From contig MU058478.1 of assembly GCA_013265495.1 (NCBI GenBank), positions 1 through 62,686 of the forward strand: a stretch of DNA of 62,686 nt, given 5' to 3'. Below the pieces are notes generated by a model, which did no database searches, was not told the DNA's origin, and worked only from the letters and a program-made list of their open reading frames with translations. Positions 1 through 12,350 of this stretch are shown here, piece after piece (the first letter of the stretch is position 1; each line of letters begins with the position of its first letter). Source of the DNA: Vicugna vicugna. Its lineage: Eukaryota. The translations under genes and the position numbers were made by a program.

Positions 1-200
1 ATAGGAAACAAACTGTACGTGTATGACTGAAACATGATGCTGTGCTCTGGAAACTGACACAACGTTGTAAACTGACTGGACTGCAATTAAATAAACAAAA
101 ATAGGAAACAAACTGTACGTGTATGACTGAAACATGATGCTGTGCTCTGGAAACTGACACAACGTTGTAAACTGACTGGACTGCAATTAAATAAACAACA
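1..200 (+). mobile_element. L1 3' terminus present as two tandem 100-bp copies
   Basis: GTATGACTGAAAC..GCTGTGC..GAAACTGACACAACGTTGTAAACTGACT..CAATTAAA matches the L1 3' ends at 4100-4180, 7700-7790 and 60860-60930. Positions 1-98 are identical to 101-198. Confidence 0.85.
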
Positions 201-350
201 GATTTCTTTAAAAAAAAGAAAGAAAACAAACAGAAGGCATGACCACGGGCAAAATTATCTTGCTTTAGGCTTAGTTTCATTTCAATTATTTTTTTGCTAA
301 TGTAGAACGTCTCCCGAATAATTTCCAACTCTTAGACAATCCACCATATT

Positions 351-396
351 TTGACCATATTTTTGAACGTGGATTGACCATATTTTTGAACGTGTA
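351..396. repeat. 23-bp tandem duplication
   Basis: TTGACCATATTTTTGAACGTGGA followed by TTGACCATATTTTTGAACGTGTA. Confidence 0.9.
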
Positions 397-576
397 TTAT
401 ATTATTTTGAAACTTTACACTCAGATTGTTTATCAAGTACCAGAACATGTTTGGGCTGGAAAATATGTTCACACGTTAGAGATAGAAGTGATAATTCAGG
501 TTTTATAGCTAATCACATCCTTTTAGAGGTGAATAATCAAACACTTTATAAAGTTTCATAACTCTGGCCAAATGCC

Positions 577-1526
577 NNNNNNNNNNNNNNNNNNNNNNNN
601 NNNNNNNNNNNNNNNNNNNNNNNNNNNNNNNNNNNNNNNNNNNNNNNNNNNNNNNNNNNNNNNNNNNNNNNNNNNNNNNNNNNNNNNNNNNNNNNNNNNN
701 NNNNNNNNNNNNNNNNNNNNNNNNNNNNNNNNNNNNNNNNNNNNNNNNNNNNNNNNNNNNNNNNNNNNNNNNNNNNNNNNNNNNNNNNNNNNNNNNNNNN
801 NNNNNNNNNNNNNNNNNNNNNNNNNNNNNNNNNNNNNNNNNNNNNNNNNNNNNNNNNNNNNNNNNNNNNNNNNNNNNNNNNNNNNNNNNNNNNNNNNNNN
901 NNNNNNNNNNNNNNNNNNNNNNNNNNNNNNNNNNNNNNNNNNNNNNNNNNNNNNNNNNNNNNNNNNNNNNNNNNNNNNNNNNNNNNNNNNNNNNNNNNNN
1001 NNNNNNNNNNNNNNNNNNNNNNNNNNNNNNNNNNNNNNNNNNNNNNNNNNNNNNNNNNNNNNNNNNNNNNNNNNNNNNNNNNNNNNNNNNNNNNNNNNNN
1101 NNNNNNNNNNNNNNNNNNNNNNNNNNNNNNNNNNNNNNNNNNNNNNNNNNNNNNNNNNNNNNNNNNNNNNNNNNNNNNNNNNNNNNNNNNNNNNNNNNNN
1201 NNNNNNNNNNNNNNNNNNNNNNNNNNNNNNNNNNNNNNNNNNNNNNNNNNNNNNNNNNNNNNNNNNNNNNNNNNNNNNNNNNNNNNNNNNNNNNNNNNNN
1301 NNNNNNNNNNNNNNNNNNNNNNNNNNNNNNNNNNNNNNNNNNNNNNNNNNNNNNNNNNNNNNNNNNNNNNNNNNNNNNNNNNNNNNNNNNNNNNNNNNNN
1401 NNNNNNNNNNNNNNNNNNNNNNNNNNNNNNNNNNNNNNNNNNNNNNNNNNNNNNNNNNNNNNNNNNNNNNNNNNNNNNNNNNNNNNNNNNNNNNNNNNNN
1501 NNNNNNNNNNNNNNNNNNNNNNNNNN
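577..1526. other. assembly gap (950 N)
   Basis: Run of N. Confidence 1.
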
Positions 1527-1832
1527 ATCTCATATGGTATTTTTCTTTCTCTTTCTGGCTTACTTCACTTAGAATGACATTCTCCAGGAGCATCCATGTT
1601 GCTGCAAATGGCATTATGTTGTCAGTTTTTATGGCTGAGTAGTATTCCATTGTATAAATATACCACATCTTTATCCAGTCATCTGTTGATGGACATTTAG
1701 GTTGCTTCTATGTCTTGGCTGTTGTAAATAGTGCTGCTATGAACACTGGGGTGCAGGTTTCTTTGTGAATTTGAGTTCCCTCTGGGAACATGTCCAGGAG
1801 TGGGATTGCTGGATCATATGGTAAATCTATTA
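1527..1832 (-). mobile_element. L1 ORF2 C-terminal/3' region, 5'-truncated, running into the gap
   Basis: The minus strand translates to MWYIYTMEYYSAIK..FAATWMLLENVILSEVSQKEK, the typical end of L1 ORF2. Confidence 0.92.
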
Positions 1833-3622
1833 TTCCCTAGGCCAAATTCTTGAATCTAACCACACATCAAGTTAGCACGTTAAACAGTGGAGCCCGGATG
1901 GTGATGAAGGTATGAGAAACATTGTTTCTCAGCTTTAAAAATGAAGAGAAATTCAGATACCTTCTATTCTCTTGCTGTAAAGAGCTAATCACTTCATCAA
2001 AAAGTAAGCACACGAAGAAATGAAAGCTGCCTCCTCTAGAATGGTGCCCATCAAGTGCTTAATCTCATCGGATTGTCTGTTTTGATGGGCAGACTCTAAT
2101 TCCCTGTTGGTGTGGCCTTGGTGACCCAAAGGCATTGTCCCACCGGGCTGGGCATACAATATCATTCATCCCATTTTTGAAATAGAAAACTTACAACTTT
2201 CACTCCCAGCTGAACACCCATTATTTCGCTCACACTAAAATGTATGCCAGTCTCATCCTTGACAAATTGCATGTGTGGGTTTTGAAACCATATTAACGCA
2301 CATAGAGCAGGGGAGAGCCAGGGCATGGTTATTCCTTTACAGGATGTAGTTATACTATTTTTTTAAATCATTTTGCAGGAATCTGTAAGATTGAAATGCA
2401 TATTCATCATTCAAACTCAAACTCTGTGGACAGAAATTGGTATGGGGAGAGTTGTAGTAAGGCTACATATTTCATCCAATATTTAATTGGCTTTTTTCCA
2501 ACATGTGCATAAACTGTATAAAATCTGTAAGTTATCTGGGGGTAAATGCATCAAATAATTCATCTTGGGGTTCACCAGAAAGTGAAATTACTTAACAACA
2601 ATGTCTGTAGGTTTATTTCAGTTTTCCTGTATGTGGAGTTTGACTGAAATGGCCAATTTTAATCAAAAGTTATCAATTACAACACTGAAAATGCAGTAAC
2701 ACGGAATTTCAGTTCTTCCATTATCATTTTCAAATTGCTAGAGACAACCTTGTACTGTATTCTTAGAATGAAACCATATCACTTCTCTTAGGTCCTCCCT
2801 CCATTCTTTGGAGAGGCGAAGAGGCTATGTTTACGAATAAGCTTATCAATGTGACTTGATTTTCAAAAGAATCCTAGAATTCCCTATTGTGATTGTTTGA
2901 AAGTCCGTATTGATCTACCTGAAGCAAAATCTGCAGAGAAAACATAACCTTAAATTATATGCTTCTCAATGTTTATTAACAATTTTTGAGAAATAATATT
3001 CATGGACAATATTCTGACATAATGTATAGTGAAACATTTTCTCAAGTATTTTAAGCTTATTCTTAAATTAAACCTATATCATTGTAAAGTTGTTTCCTTG
3101 GCCAGTCATTTAGTCCTTCATTGAACAGATTTCATTGAAATTCAAAATTTGACATTATTGGATATCTTAAGAAACGTTATAATAAATAGCTCTGTAGTGT
3201 CACTATTATATACATTTTAGCAATTCTGTCAAGAAGCGTCACCATTTGCTTTTCATCATGTGGTCTGCACAGGGGTTTACGCTCACAAAATCTTTGTCAC
3301 TAGTCCATCAGTAGAGAAGGAAAGAAATTCAGAGTAAGCATGTATAACATTATATAGAAATGTAGAAGTCATTTAGAAATTACCACAAAGAAATTTTACA
3401 TTTGTTGTGTCTACTATTAAAACAGGGCTTTTATATGTTTGAAATTGTAACATTCATTTTCATTTTTTTTCCAAGAATCGTGTCTGCAATGATTGACTAG
3501 AATTCAAAAAACAAAAAAAAACCCCAAAAAACGAATAACCAAGTCATGGCCTCAAGAGAGATTAGAAGGACCATGTTTCCTCATGTGATGTGAGCTCAGC
3601 AGAGCTCAGAAACTTCCCATGG

Positions 3623-3686
3623 CACATAATGCTGTAAAATGACTATAACTCAATAAAAAAAATGTTAAAATGGGAAAAAAAAAAAG
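3623..3686 (+). mobile_element. very short L1 3' stub with A-tail and TSD
   Basis: GTAAAATGACTATAACTCAATAAAAAAAATGTTAAAA plus A-tail, flanked by GAAACTTCCCATGG (3609-3622) and GAAATTCCCATGG (3687-3699). Confidence 0.8.
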
Positions 3687-3982
3687 GAAATTCCCATGGA
3701 ATACTCCCCCTGAAATAAAACAAAATCATTCTTCCTTTTTACTTTAGCGCTTTACTTTCATTGCTCACATGGATTTTATTACTAGAGTCTGAAGATCATT
3801 TAACTTCTTCCCTTGAAATTATGTTGCATTCATACCTGGTATGATCATTGATATAAAAAAAAATATTTGGCAAAGAAGATGGGTGGTCAGGAAAAGCTTC
3901 ATGCATTCTGAGAACTCACTTTCCTTGGGTTTGAGTATTCCATTTCTTTACTCATGGAAAATTAAATTAAAAAGGGGATCAG

Positions 3983-4187
3983 ACTGTCTAATCGATACAA
4001 AATAGGTAAATGAGTTTATACTGTAGAGCATGGGAACTATATTCAGTATCTTGTAGTAGCTCATGGTGAAAAAGAATATGAAAATGAATATATGTGTGTT
4101 CATGTAGAACTGAAAAATTGTGCTGTGCACCAGAAACGGACATGACATTGTAAACTGACTATAACGCAATTAAAAAAACAATAAAAA
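3983..4187 (+). mobile_element. L1 3' UTR fragment
   Basis: CTGTAGAGCATGGGAACTATATTCAGTATCTTGTAG..GTAAACTGACTATAACGCAATTAAAAAAA. Imperfect TSD: AAAAGGGGATCAG / AAAAGAAGATCAG. Confidence 0.88.
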
Positions 4188-4782
4188 GAAGATCAGGTCA
4201 CTAGAAAAGCTAAGTCACACGCAAATTACTCCAATATTCAGTTGTTCCTGAAACTGTATTTAATAAGTGAAAATCTCATTATATAATACAGAATTCTAAA
4301 GTTAAGGTCTGGAGGCTGTGCTGAGAATATGAGGGTCAAAGGAAAAATTATGGTCTATTCGAGTTTCCTGGCTACATTTCATAGCAATTAGAGTCATTCC
4401 TTGCTTGTTTTAGCTGACGCGACTTCTAGAATGTGCACCTTACTGTTTGAAGCAGTATTTGAAGTCAGAAATGATATGTCGTCATTTCTTAAAATTTGGT
4501 GGTGGGTTTATTTCAGCCCAAGGCTTTGAGTTATAAACCATGTGTTCGTGGTTGATAATATTCTGCAACCTCACAATATTCCGCGTGTCTCGCTTACTGT
4601 CATGGTGCACATGCCTTTGCCCAGTGTAGGAGGTGCACACTACAGCGATTTTCAACAAGCCACGCAATTGTGTAACGTCCTCCAAATGAATGTTTGCAGC
4701 CCACTGGGGCTTGTTTCAATTCAATGGAATTTAGCATTTCTATATTTACATCTTATGGTTTTAATAATGTTTTCTTTTCTAT

Positions 4783-5179
4783 TCTTTTTTTTTTTTGATT
4801 GAAGTATAGTCAGTTACAATGTGTCAGTTTCTGGCCTACAGCACAATGTCCCCGTCATGTAAATATTCATTTTCATAATATTTTTCATTAAAGCTTATTA
4901 TAAAATATTCAATATAGTTCCCCGTGCTATACAGAGGAAAAATTTTTTAATCTATTTTTATATATAGTTGTTAAACTTTGCAAATCTCAAACTCCCAAAT
5001 TTATCCCCTCCCACCCCCTTTCCCCTGGTAACAATAAAATTGTTTACTATGTCTGCAAGTCTGTTTCTGTCTTGTAGATGACTTCATTAATGTCCTCTTT
5101 TTTTCTTTCCTTCTTTCTTTTTTTTTTAATTCCACATATGAGTGATATCACATGGTATTTTTCTTTCTCTTTCTGGCTT
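4783..5179 (-). mobile_element. L1 3' UTR fragment
   Basis: Poly-T then TTGAAGTATAGTCAG..ATGGTATTTTTCTTTCTCTTTCTGGCTTA; reverse complement of the element type at 60547-60945. Confidence 0.9.
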
Positions 5180-5944
5180 AATTATATTTTCAGTACAGGT
5201 ATGTGGAATCACCTTCTATTCATGTCAATTAATTATTTACTGGATTTTAGTAAAATTTTGATCTACATTTTTGTTGTTATAGTTTAGTTTGTCATAGATA
5301 TTCGTTTATCATAAAGGACTGTCATGGTTCTTTTCTATATGTGTCAAACATTATGTTATTTGTGAATAAGAATTTTTTTTAATATTTTTAACAAGCTACT
5401 GAAAAACTGCAAAACATTTAATAACTATATTTTAAAATCCACTTAGATATAATAGTTTGGAAGAAATGAAGAAAGCATACTTTTCCTTCTATTTCATTGT
5501 ATATCTACTGAAATTTTGCCATTGACATGTAATACCTATTCTGCACAAGAAATTTAAAAAAAAATTAAATCTACTTAGTAGAGCATGTGCAACTATTTCT
5601 AAAGCAGACATACTAGGAACTCCCTAATCATGCATTCAAACTTTCAATTTATCTTTTACACAGAGAAAAAAGTGTCCAGCATGTTTATTTTTTCCTGACC
5701 TTGGTCTTGTCCTGGCAAACGTACTTGGGACCATCTTCATCAATTAACCCCTCCACCCACTTATCTTTAGCTTTTGGATCCTGCCTGGCATATGCCTCAA
5801 AGCCTGTGACCTTTCTTAATTCTTTCTGATCTAATGACAGCAATGAGTTGGTTTCTATTTTCAGCAATAAACTTTGGTGAGTCTCTTAGGAATGGTCCAC
5901 AATAATAACTGTGATGTTGATAAAATATTATAGTTTTTTCCCAA

Positions 5945-6652
5945 TTTTTATTGTGGTAAAATACACATCACTTAAATTTACCATCATAACCATTTTTCAG
6001 TGTACACTTCAGTGATATTAAGTACACACATCTTGTTACACAACCGTTATCACCATCTGTCTTCAGAACTGTTCATCTTTCCCCAGCTGAAACTCTGTAC
6101 CCATCAAACATTAACTCCCCATTTTCCCATCCTTCCAACCCCTGCAAACCACCATTGGACTTTGCACTTTGCCTCTTCACTGTATTTGATGATTCTAGGA
6201 ACTTCCTATGAGTAGAATCAGACATTTGACACTGGCTTATTTCACTTAGCCTCGTGTCCTCAAAGTTCACCCATGCTGTAGCACGTGGCAGAATTCCCCT
6301 TCCTTTTTTAAGGCTGCGTAATATTCCATCGTATGTGGATGCCACAGTTTGCTTATCCATTCATCCACCACTGGAACTTGGATCACTTCCACTTTTAGCT
6401 ACTCTGAACAATGCTACTACGAAAGTATGTACCTTTTTAAGACTACTTTTTTCAAAAATTTTGCATATATATTGAGAAGTAGGGTTGCTGGATCATGCAG
6501 TAATTCTACCCTTAAATATGGAGAAGCCTCCGTACTAATTTCCACAGTGGCTGCACCAGTTTACATTCCCACCAACCAAGCAAAAGTTTCCAATTTCTCC
6601 ACATCTTTGCCAACATTTTTTTTTTCAGTAGCCATCCCAATGGGTGTCAGAG
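5945..6652 (-). mobile_element. older L1M (L1MA/MB-like) 3' end
   Basis: TTTTTATTGTGGTAAAATACACAT..AAATTTACCATC..GACTGGCTTATTTCACTTAGC..TACATTCCCACCAAC motifs. Confidence 0.85.
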
Positions 6653-7696
6653 ATACATTTTAAAATCAATATTCACAAATACTTTCTCACTCGCTCATTA
6701 TAAAATACTTACGCTCTTTGGTCTGTGTTCTCATTATGCCTGGTTAAAAATTTGGGAAATTTCTTTTTCTTCGCTAGAAACTTGTGCCATAAATTCTGCT
6801 CTCCAAGTTACTTGATCTGAAATCCTGTATGCTCTCTGCCATGCTAGTTTGCTATGTCGCTAATGTTTATTGCGTTACATAACGTCAGTGATTTACTTAA
6901 GGGGCCATGGTTTAACTGTAATTTAAGTAATCAGAAAGTCTGAAGTTTTAAGAAAAGTAGAGAAATTCCTGATTGAATGGTGCACACCAGTTTTCATCTT
7001 GAAATGCAGCCAGTCGATTCTTTTCGACTGCTTTTCAGAGAAACATCGCAGGAAGCGAAGCCACGTCTTCAGTGCTGTGAGCAATAGCTCGCCACATGGC
7101 TTACAAAGAATCCCAGCTGGGTCATTTCATAACTCCTGTGTTTGAAAGCTTCTACTGATTTTTCTGCAGTGTGGGGAATGGCTTCGCCTTATTTGCCTCT
7201 TCAGATTGCATGATTTCAAACATTCTGCTCAAAGAAAAGTTCAAAATTCACTAAGCCCTTTTCAGAAAGCAGGCGAGCCTGCTCTGCATAGAAGGGAATG
7301 TCAACTTCCTTCAACAGGTTCGCCTTTCACAGCAAAATACACCTTTCAAGATTTGATGGTCGGCTTGCAAACCTTTGGGACAAAAGAAGCTGTGTGCGAA
7401 CACGGAGAGATTTCAGCAAGTGAAGGGAAATGTGGTCAAGAATGGAAGGCAGCTATGGTAACCATGAAACCACCAACACTGTGCAAAAAGTGGACTTGGA
7501 TCAGAACAAAATTGATGGAAGAAATTTTGGAAATAATGAAGTTACTTTCTGCTCTAATCCATCTCCTCAAACCCTTGACAAATGCTTACTGGGTATAACT
7601 AACACAATTGATTATTATAAAAAAATTAGTTCAAGAATAGAAATTTCCTGCAAGATTTATACGTAAAATCAAGATAAGAGTCTAGTGATATGATTA

Positions 7697-7797
7697 TATG
7701 TATATTCATGTATGACTGAAGCATTTTGCTGTACACAAAAAATTGACACAGCATGTAAACTGACTATAACTCAATTTAAAAAAAAAGTTAAAAAAAT
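7697..7797 (+). mobile_element. L1 3' stub
   Basis: TATGTATATTCATGTATGACTGAAGC..GTAAACTGACTATAACTCAATTTAAAAAAAAAG. Confidence 0.85.
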
Positions 7798-8715
7798 TCT
7801 AATGAATAACTTACTAAAAAAGTGAAGTTAGAATCTAATTAATAAATGACTGGTGTAGAATACATGGTAACGAATGTTTCAGCAAACAAAATAAATTTCC
7901 TGACAAAATTTCTCCTAGTAAATCTGAGGACAAAAATATTAAAAATAAGATAACGTGCCAATGACAGAATCATGTTGACAGAGCTCAGAAGGAATCAGAA
8001 GATTAAAAAAACTTTCCATGAAAGAAACACAAGTCAAATCACAAGTGTACAAATGTAAAATTTATTTATCTGAAAATAGGAATATAATAAAAGTTTTAAA
8101 GGAAATTCATGAAACCATGAAAAATTTAAAAAGCAAAGATTCATGGGTATGTGAATTCATATGTATGTACGTTATAAAGAAGAAATACAAAATAAGACAG
8201 AATAAACCTGTAGCACATTAGACGTAAAGTGTAGACCTTGTTCATTCAAAATGGGAAATTTATCTGAAATATGTCAGAATGCAGTATATATTATCTACTG
8301 AAATGATTAAGTCTGATCTCAGTGAACAAACAGATATAAAAGAGATTATACCATGACTGCCGATGCTCTGAGCACAATTAGAGGGGATGTGATGCAGATA
8401 AAGGGCAGGTAAGATGGAACGAATGTTGTTCCTGAAGCAGTTACAAATGTGACAGAAAGAAATCCACAGGCCAAAATACATAAAACTCCCATTAGGCTGT
8501 CGAAGCTCACCCTGCTCCTTGAAAAGTCACTACAAATTTCAAAACAATTTTGGAAACGCTACATACTTATGGTCCACTAAAGCTGTCAAACATTAAATGT
8601 TAAAAAGGAAATATAGTTGGTTAAAAAGTTATAGAAAAATTGAACCAAGGAACAAAATCAGTTTGGTATCAGAATCTTCCCAGCAATATATAAAGCCATG
8701 TGTCCTCACGCAAAG

Positions 8716-9490
8716 TGTTGCCAAACTCAGGTCAGGCTTCTCGCACTGGAAAGCCAGTGCAAAAGAGGGAAGTGTTGGTTGCAATGGAAAAGTTGCTTTC
8801 ATCAAAAAGCTACTAACTAATATATATATAAAGTAAATAAACGACTGGGTCCTACTGTACAGCACGGGGAAATATATTCACTAAATCATAGTAGCTCACG
8901 GTGAAAAAGAATATGAAAATGAATATACGTATATTCATGTGTGACTGAAGCACTGTGCTGGGCACCAGACATTCACACAACATTGTAAACTGACTACAAT
9001 TCAGTTAAAAAAAAATATATATATATATATTTAAAAAAAAAAGCTCGCAATCTGGGCAGAAGGTGGACTCATGTCCCGAAAGCAACTTCAACGTACATAT
9101 ATATGAATTCACATTCTCACAAATCTTAGCTTTTTAACTATGCTCAGCCATGACAGTTTTGAAAGCGAAAAGGGGCACATTATCTCCGTTAACCATGAAG
9201 GGGAGGGGGGTTTCAGATTCTTTGCCATTTTCCCATTACGTGCAGATCTGCTGACCCCATGTAATCTTTCTTTAGGTGTCATCTTGACTGTGTGACCTGC
9301 CTGCAAAATTGCTAAGGTGGGAGCTGGGAGTAAAAGCTAGTCATTCTGTAGCTACTTAATTCCTCATTGTTACTTCTTTTAATCTAGGGAAAAATAATCA
9401 ATAGGTTAAGCAAGGCATTGTGTGCATCCAGTAGAGCAGAGGTCAGGAGTTAGGTTAAATGATGGAGAGTAATCTCATTTCTGTACGGTT
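8716..9490 (-). mobile_element. ERV LTR-derived sequence interrupted by an L1 (right boundary uncertain)
   Basis: The start TGTTGCCAAACTCAGGTC..GGAAAGCCAGTG resembles the reverse complement of the 3' end of the LTR at 38125-39063. LTR-like sequence resumes after 9045. Confidence 0.55.
8812..9037 (+). mobile_element. L1 3' UTR fragment nested in the LTR
   Basis: CTACTGTACAGCACGGGGAAATATATTCA..GTAAACTGACTACAATTCAGTTAAAAAAA; AAAAAGCT on both sides is the TSD. Confidence 0.9.
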
Positions 9491-9820
9491 TGCGGGGAAC
9501 AGAAACGGGCAAGTAGGAAGCAGCGAAAGAGATGCCCAGGTAACCCTGGGGCTTCTCAAATATGCACAATTCAGGGCTAAGTTTCCGAAGCATCCTCTTC
9601 TTGCATTAACTACATGATGGAGACTTCCTGACAACAAATACGGGGCAGAGGATTTGGAGGAAACGGACAGAATGTTAATTACTTCCTCTTTGAAAGCGAA
9701 CGCCAGTAGACATGGAGTTACTTTTAAAGTTATTAGTGAAGAAAAGGAAACATAAGGCCACACCTAATACAAAGATTTAAAAAGTTTTCAAAGCCAGCAA
9801 GCTCCAGTGAGGAAATTTTA

Positions 9821-9905
9821 AGAAAGAAAGAAAAGAAAGAAAGAAAGAAGGAAAGAAAGAAGGAAAGAGAAAGAAAGAAAGAAAGAAGGAAAGAAAGAAG
9901 TAAAG

Positions 9906-9979
<74 letters not shown>

Positions 9980-10085
9980 GGAAAGAAAGAAAGAAAGAAA
10001 GAGAAAGAAAGAAAGAGAGAGAGAAAGAAGGAAGGAAGAAAGAAAGAAGAGAGAGAAAGAAAGAAGGAAGGAAGAAAGAAAGAAA
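9821..10085 (+). repeat. compound (GAAA)n/(GGAA)n/(GA)n purine tract, ~265 bp
   Basis: Read directly from the sequence. Confidence 0.98.
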
Positions 10086-11270
10086 CTCAAAACCATATTA
10101 TAAAAAGGGAAAAAGAAAAATGATTTAGAGAAAAAAATAAATTTTAAATAAGGAGAAAAAATTAGGTCAAGCATACTTACTCTATTTAAAAAAGGTTAAA
10201 ATGCGTAACCCCAAGTATTAAAAATTCAGATATGATTTCTTTTTAACTACAGCAATGGGTTGTGATGAGAACCAAATATAATAGCAGCTTTAAAATAAAA
10301 CTGGAAAATTGCTGACAATAAATGAAATGATGCCTTTAGGTATCTTTTTGAGCAAAATAAAGCATCATTAAAAAAAAAAGAAAAAATGCCGCAAATTGAA
10401 AAATACATTTTCAACAAGATGTGCTGCATCAAGCAGACACATAAAAGAGTCAGGATTTTAGAATATCATGAGTAATGTAAGTATTCTGTTAAATTCATAC
10501 ATATGCATGCTTGATGTCAATACTTGGTTCTTGATAATCAGATACCCTGTGAAAATTGTTATTTGAGCCCTGCTTTTTCATAATTTTAAACAGGAGAAGT
10601 TAAAAAACACACAGCAGTTAGCCATGGAATGAAAAACCAGCAAATGGCCCTGCTAACTTGTAAGATGCTTGTCAGCAAAGATACCATGTAGCCGGAGGCG
10701 GGTGCTTGTGTGCAACAACATTGTCTGTGCAAATGCAAACTCGTTTCCCACCTCATGGTCCTTCCTTCCGCAGTTTTCTTCATCACACGCTCATGTGCTT
10801 CCTCGTGGTTCATTGATAACATCAGGCAAAAACAGGGCTTGGTATGAAAACCACGGTGGGTGTAAATTTAGGACCAGTGCACAAAATAGCCAAGAAGGTT
10901 CTCATTGCTTCTGAGGCTGCACAGAAGAGCCCTGTGGCGTCCTCCCTGGTGCAGATGTTTCCAAGTTCCCAGTTTCTTTTTATTTTCTTTTTTTTTTAAT
11001 TTTTCAATGATTATTATTTTTTCATTTTTACAGCTCTGTTGAGGTGTAACTGACAGACAATTCAATCCTCATTATTATTAATCAGTTTTCCTTTGGCTTC
11101 AGGAGACTCTCAAAGCCACGCAGGCTGCCCCACCCGCCCCCAGGGGATGGCAGTTAGAGATGCGATTCTGAAGCCAAGTCCGTCTAAAACTGAGTTTCTC
11201 TGTTGGAGTTTATGATTAAACCTTTCTGTCCAAAAATGTGTTCCCTTTCTTGTCCTGTTCCCAATAAGAC

Positions 11271-11708
11271 TGCGGTGCAGCAGAGAAAAGGGGACCTCCC
11301 AGATTGAAACCAACCAAGACCCTGTGAAGTCCTCCCTTCCAGGTTTCTTATTTATAGAAAAATCTTCGGTCTCCTTGACCTTCCCGGAGTTCCAAAGGGT
11401 AGATTTAAATAATTGCTAATCTGAGAAGGAAGGGAATGCATCAACCAGGGAGCAGCATGAAGAAATAATAGTGCAGCCTTGGGGCAACGTCAGGGTTGCT
11501 CTTCAAAGAATTTGCATAACAATATCTTTAAATTTTCTCCTGCTGGAACTAGGGCCTCCCAGCACCTGCCTCCTGTTTATGGTTGAGCAGAATCTTCCCA
11601 ATTTTCTGGGGGCCACAGGGCCCACCAGTTGCCAGCATTCTGATTCAAAGCAACTCTCCTTGCCACCAAGGCTGTCGCCCCCAGGATCAGACCCCCGCCC
11701 CTCCCTCA
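11271..11708 (+). mobile_element. ERV LTR-derived fragment(s)
   Basis: TATAGAAAAATCTTCGGTCTCCTTGACCTTCCCGGAGTTCCA parallels GTAGGAAAAACTTTAGTCTCCTTGGCTTCCCCAAGCTCCA in the 38125 LTR. Boundaries are approximate. Confidence 0.55.
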
Positions 11709-12209
11709 AATAAAAACCTATTACTTTTATCTGCATCTCAAGAGGCAGCTGAAAAGGGATGAAATTAAAAGCTGGTTAGAACCTGTGAAGCTCAGGACGG
11801 TGGAGGATTTGACTTTTAGTGGAACCTGAGCATCGCTCTCTGCTCCCTGTAACGCATTAGCATGTTAATTGACACACCACCCAGCATCCTGACAGCTGAC
11901 GGTTGCCATGACAACACCTGGACAAGCCCGTACAATGGCTGAAAAGAAAGGCAATTGGTTCCAGCGCACCCAGCAGGAAAACAGGATGGTCTAAAGCGAA
12001 AAAAAGAAAATAAAAAACTTATTTTGATGGGAACTCTCAAGATTTGGTCTTTTAGCAATTTTTCTACGTGTCGTGTAAGAATCCCAACGTCCGTCAAGTC
12101 CCAAGTACTGATTTAGCTTACAAATGAAAGTTTGCAACTTTTCAATACCTTTCTGCAATTCCTCCTGCTCCACTTTTTGTGAAATCTGATCTCTCTTTCT
12201 AGGCATTCG

Positions 12210-12350
12210 TTTGCTTTTTGTTTTTTTTCCCTCTTATTTTTTGAAGATTCCACATGTGAGTGAGTTTATACAGTATTTGTCTTCCTCCAGTTGACTTACT
12301 TCCCTTAGCAAAATGCTCTCTGGGGTCCAACCATTCTGCTGCAAATGGCA
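12210..12350 (-). mobile_element. L1 fragment (ORF2 end/3' UTR junction)
   Basis: AGATTCCACATGTGAGTGAG..ACAGTATTTGTCTT..GACTTACTTCCCTTAGCA..GCTGCAAATGGCA. Confidence 0.8.

Noticed and set aside
556..1668. Longest ORFs in the track (370 and 356 aa)
   Set aside because: They are open only because they cross 950 N; the real residues are an L1 ORF2 tail. ORFs at 31576, 41063-41366, 55451 and 62450 also cross N-runs.
7206..7666. 130-aa and 78-aa overlapping ORFs in unique sequence
   Set aside because: There is no recognisable homology, both have non-ATG starts, and no convincing exon structure is present; a BLASTx hit would be needed.
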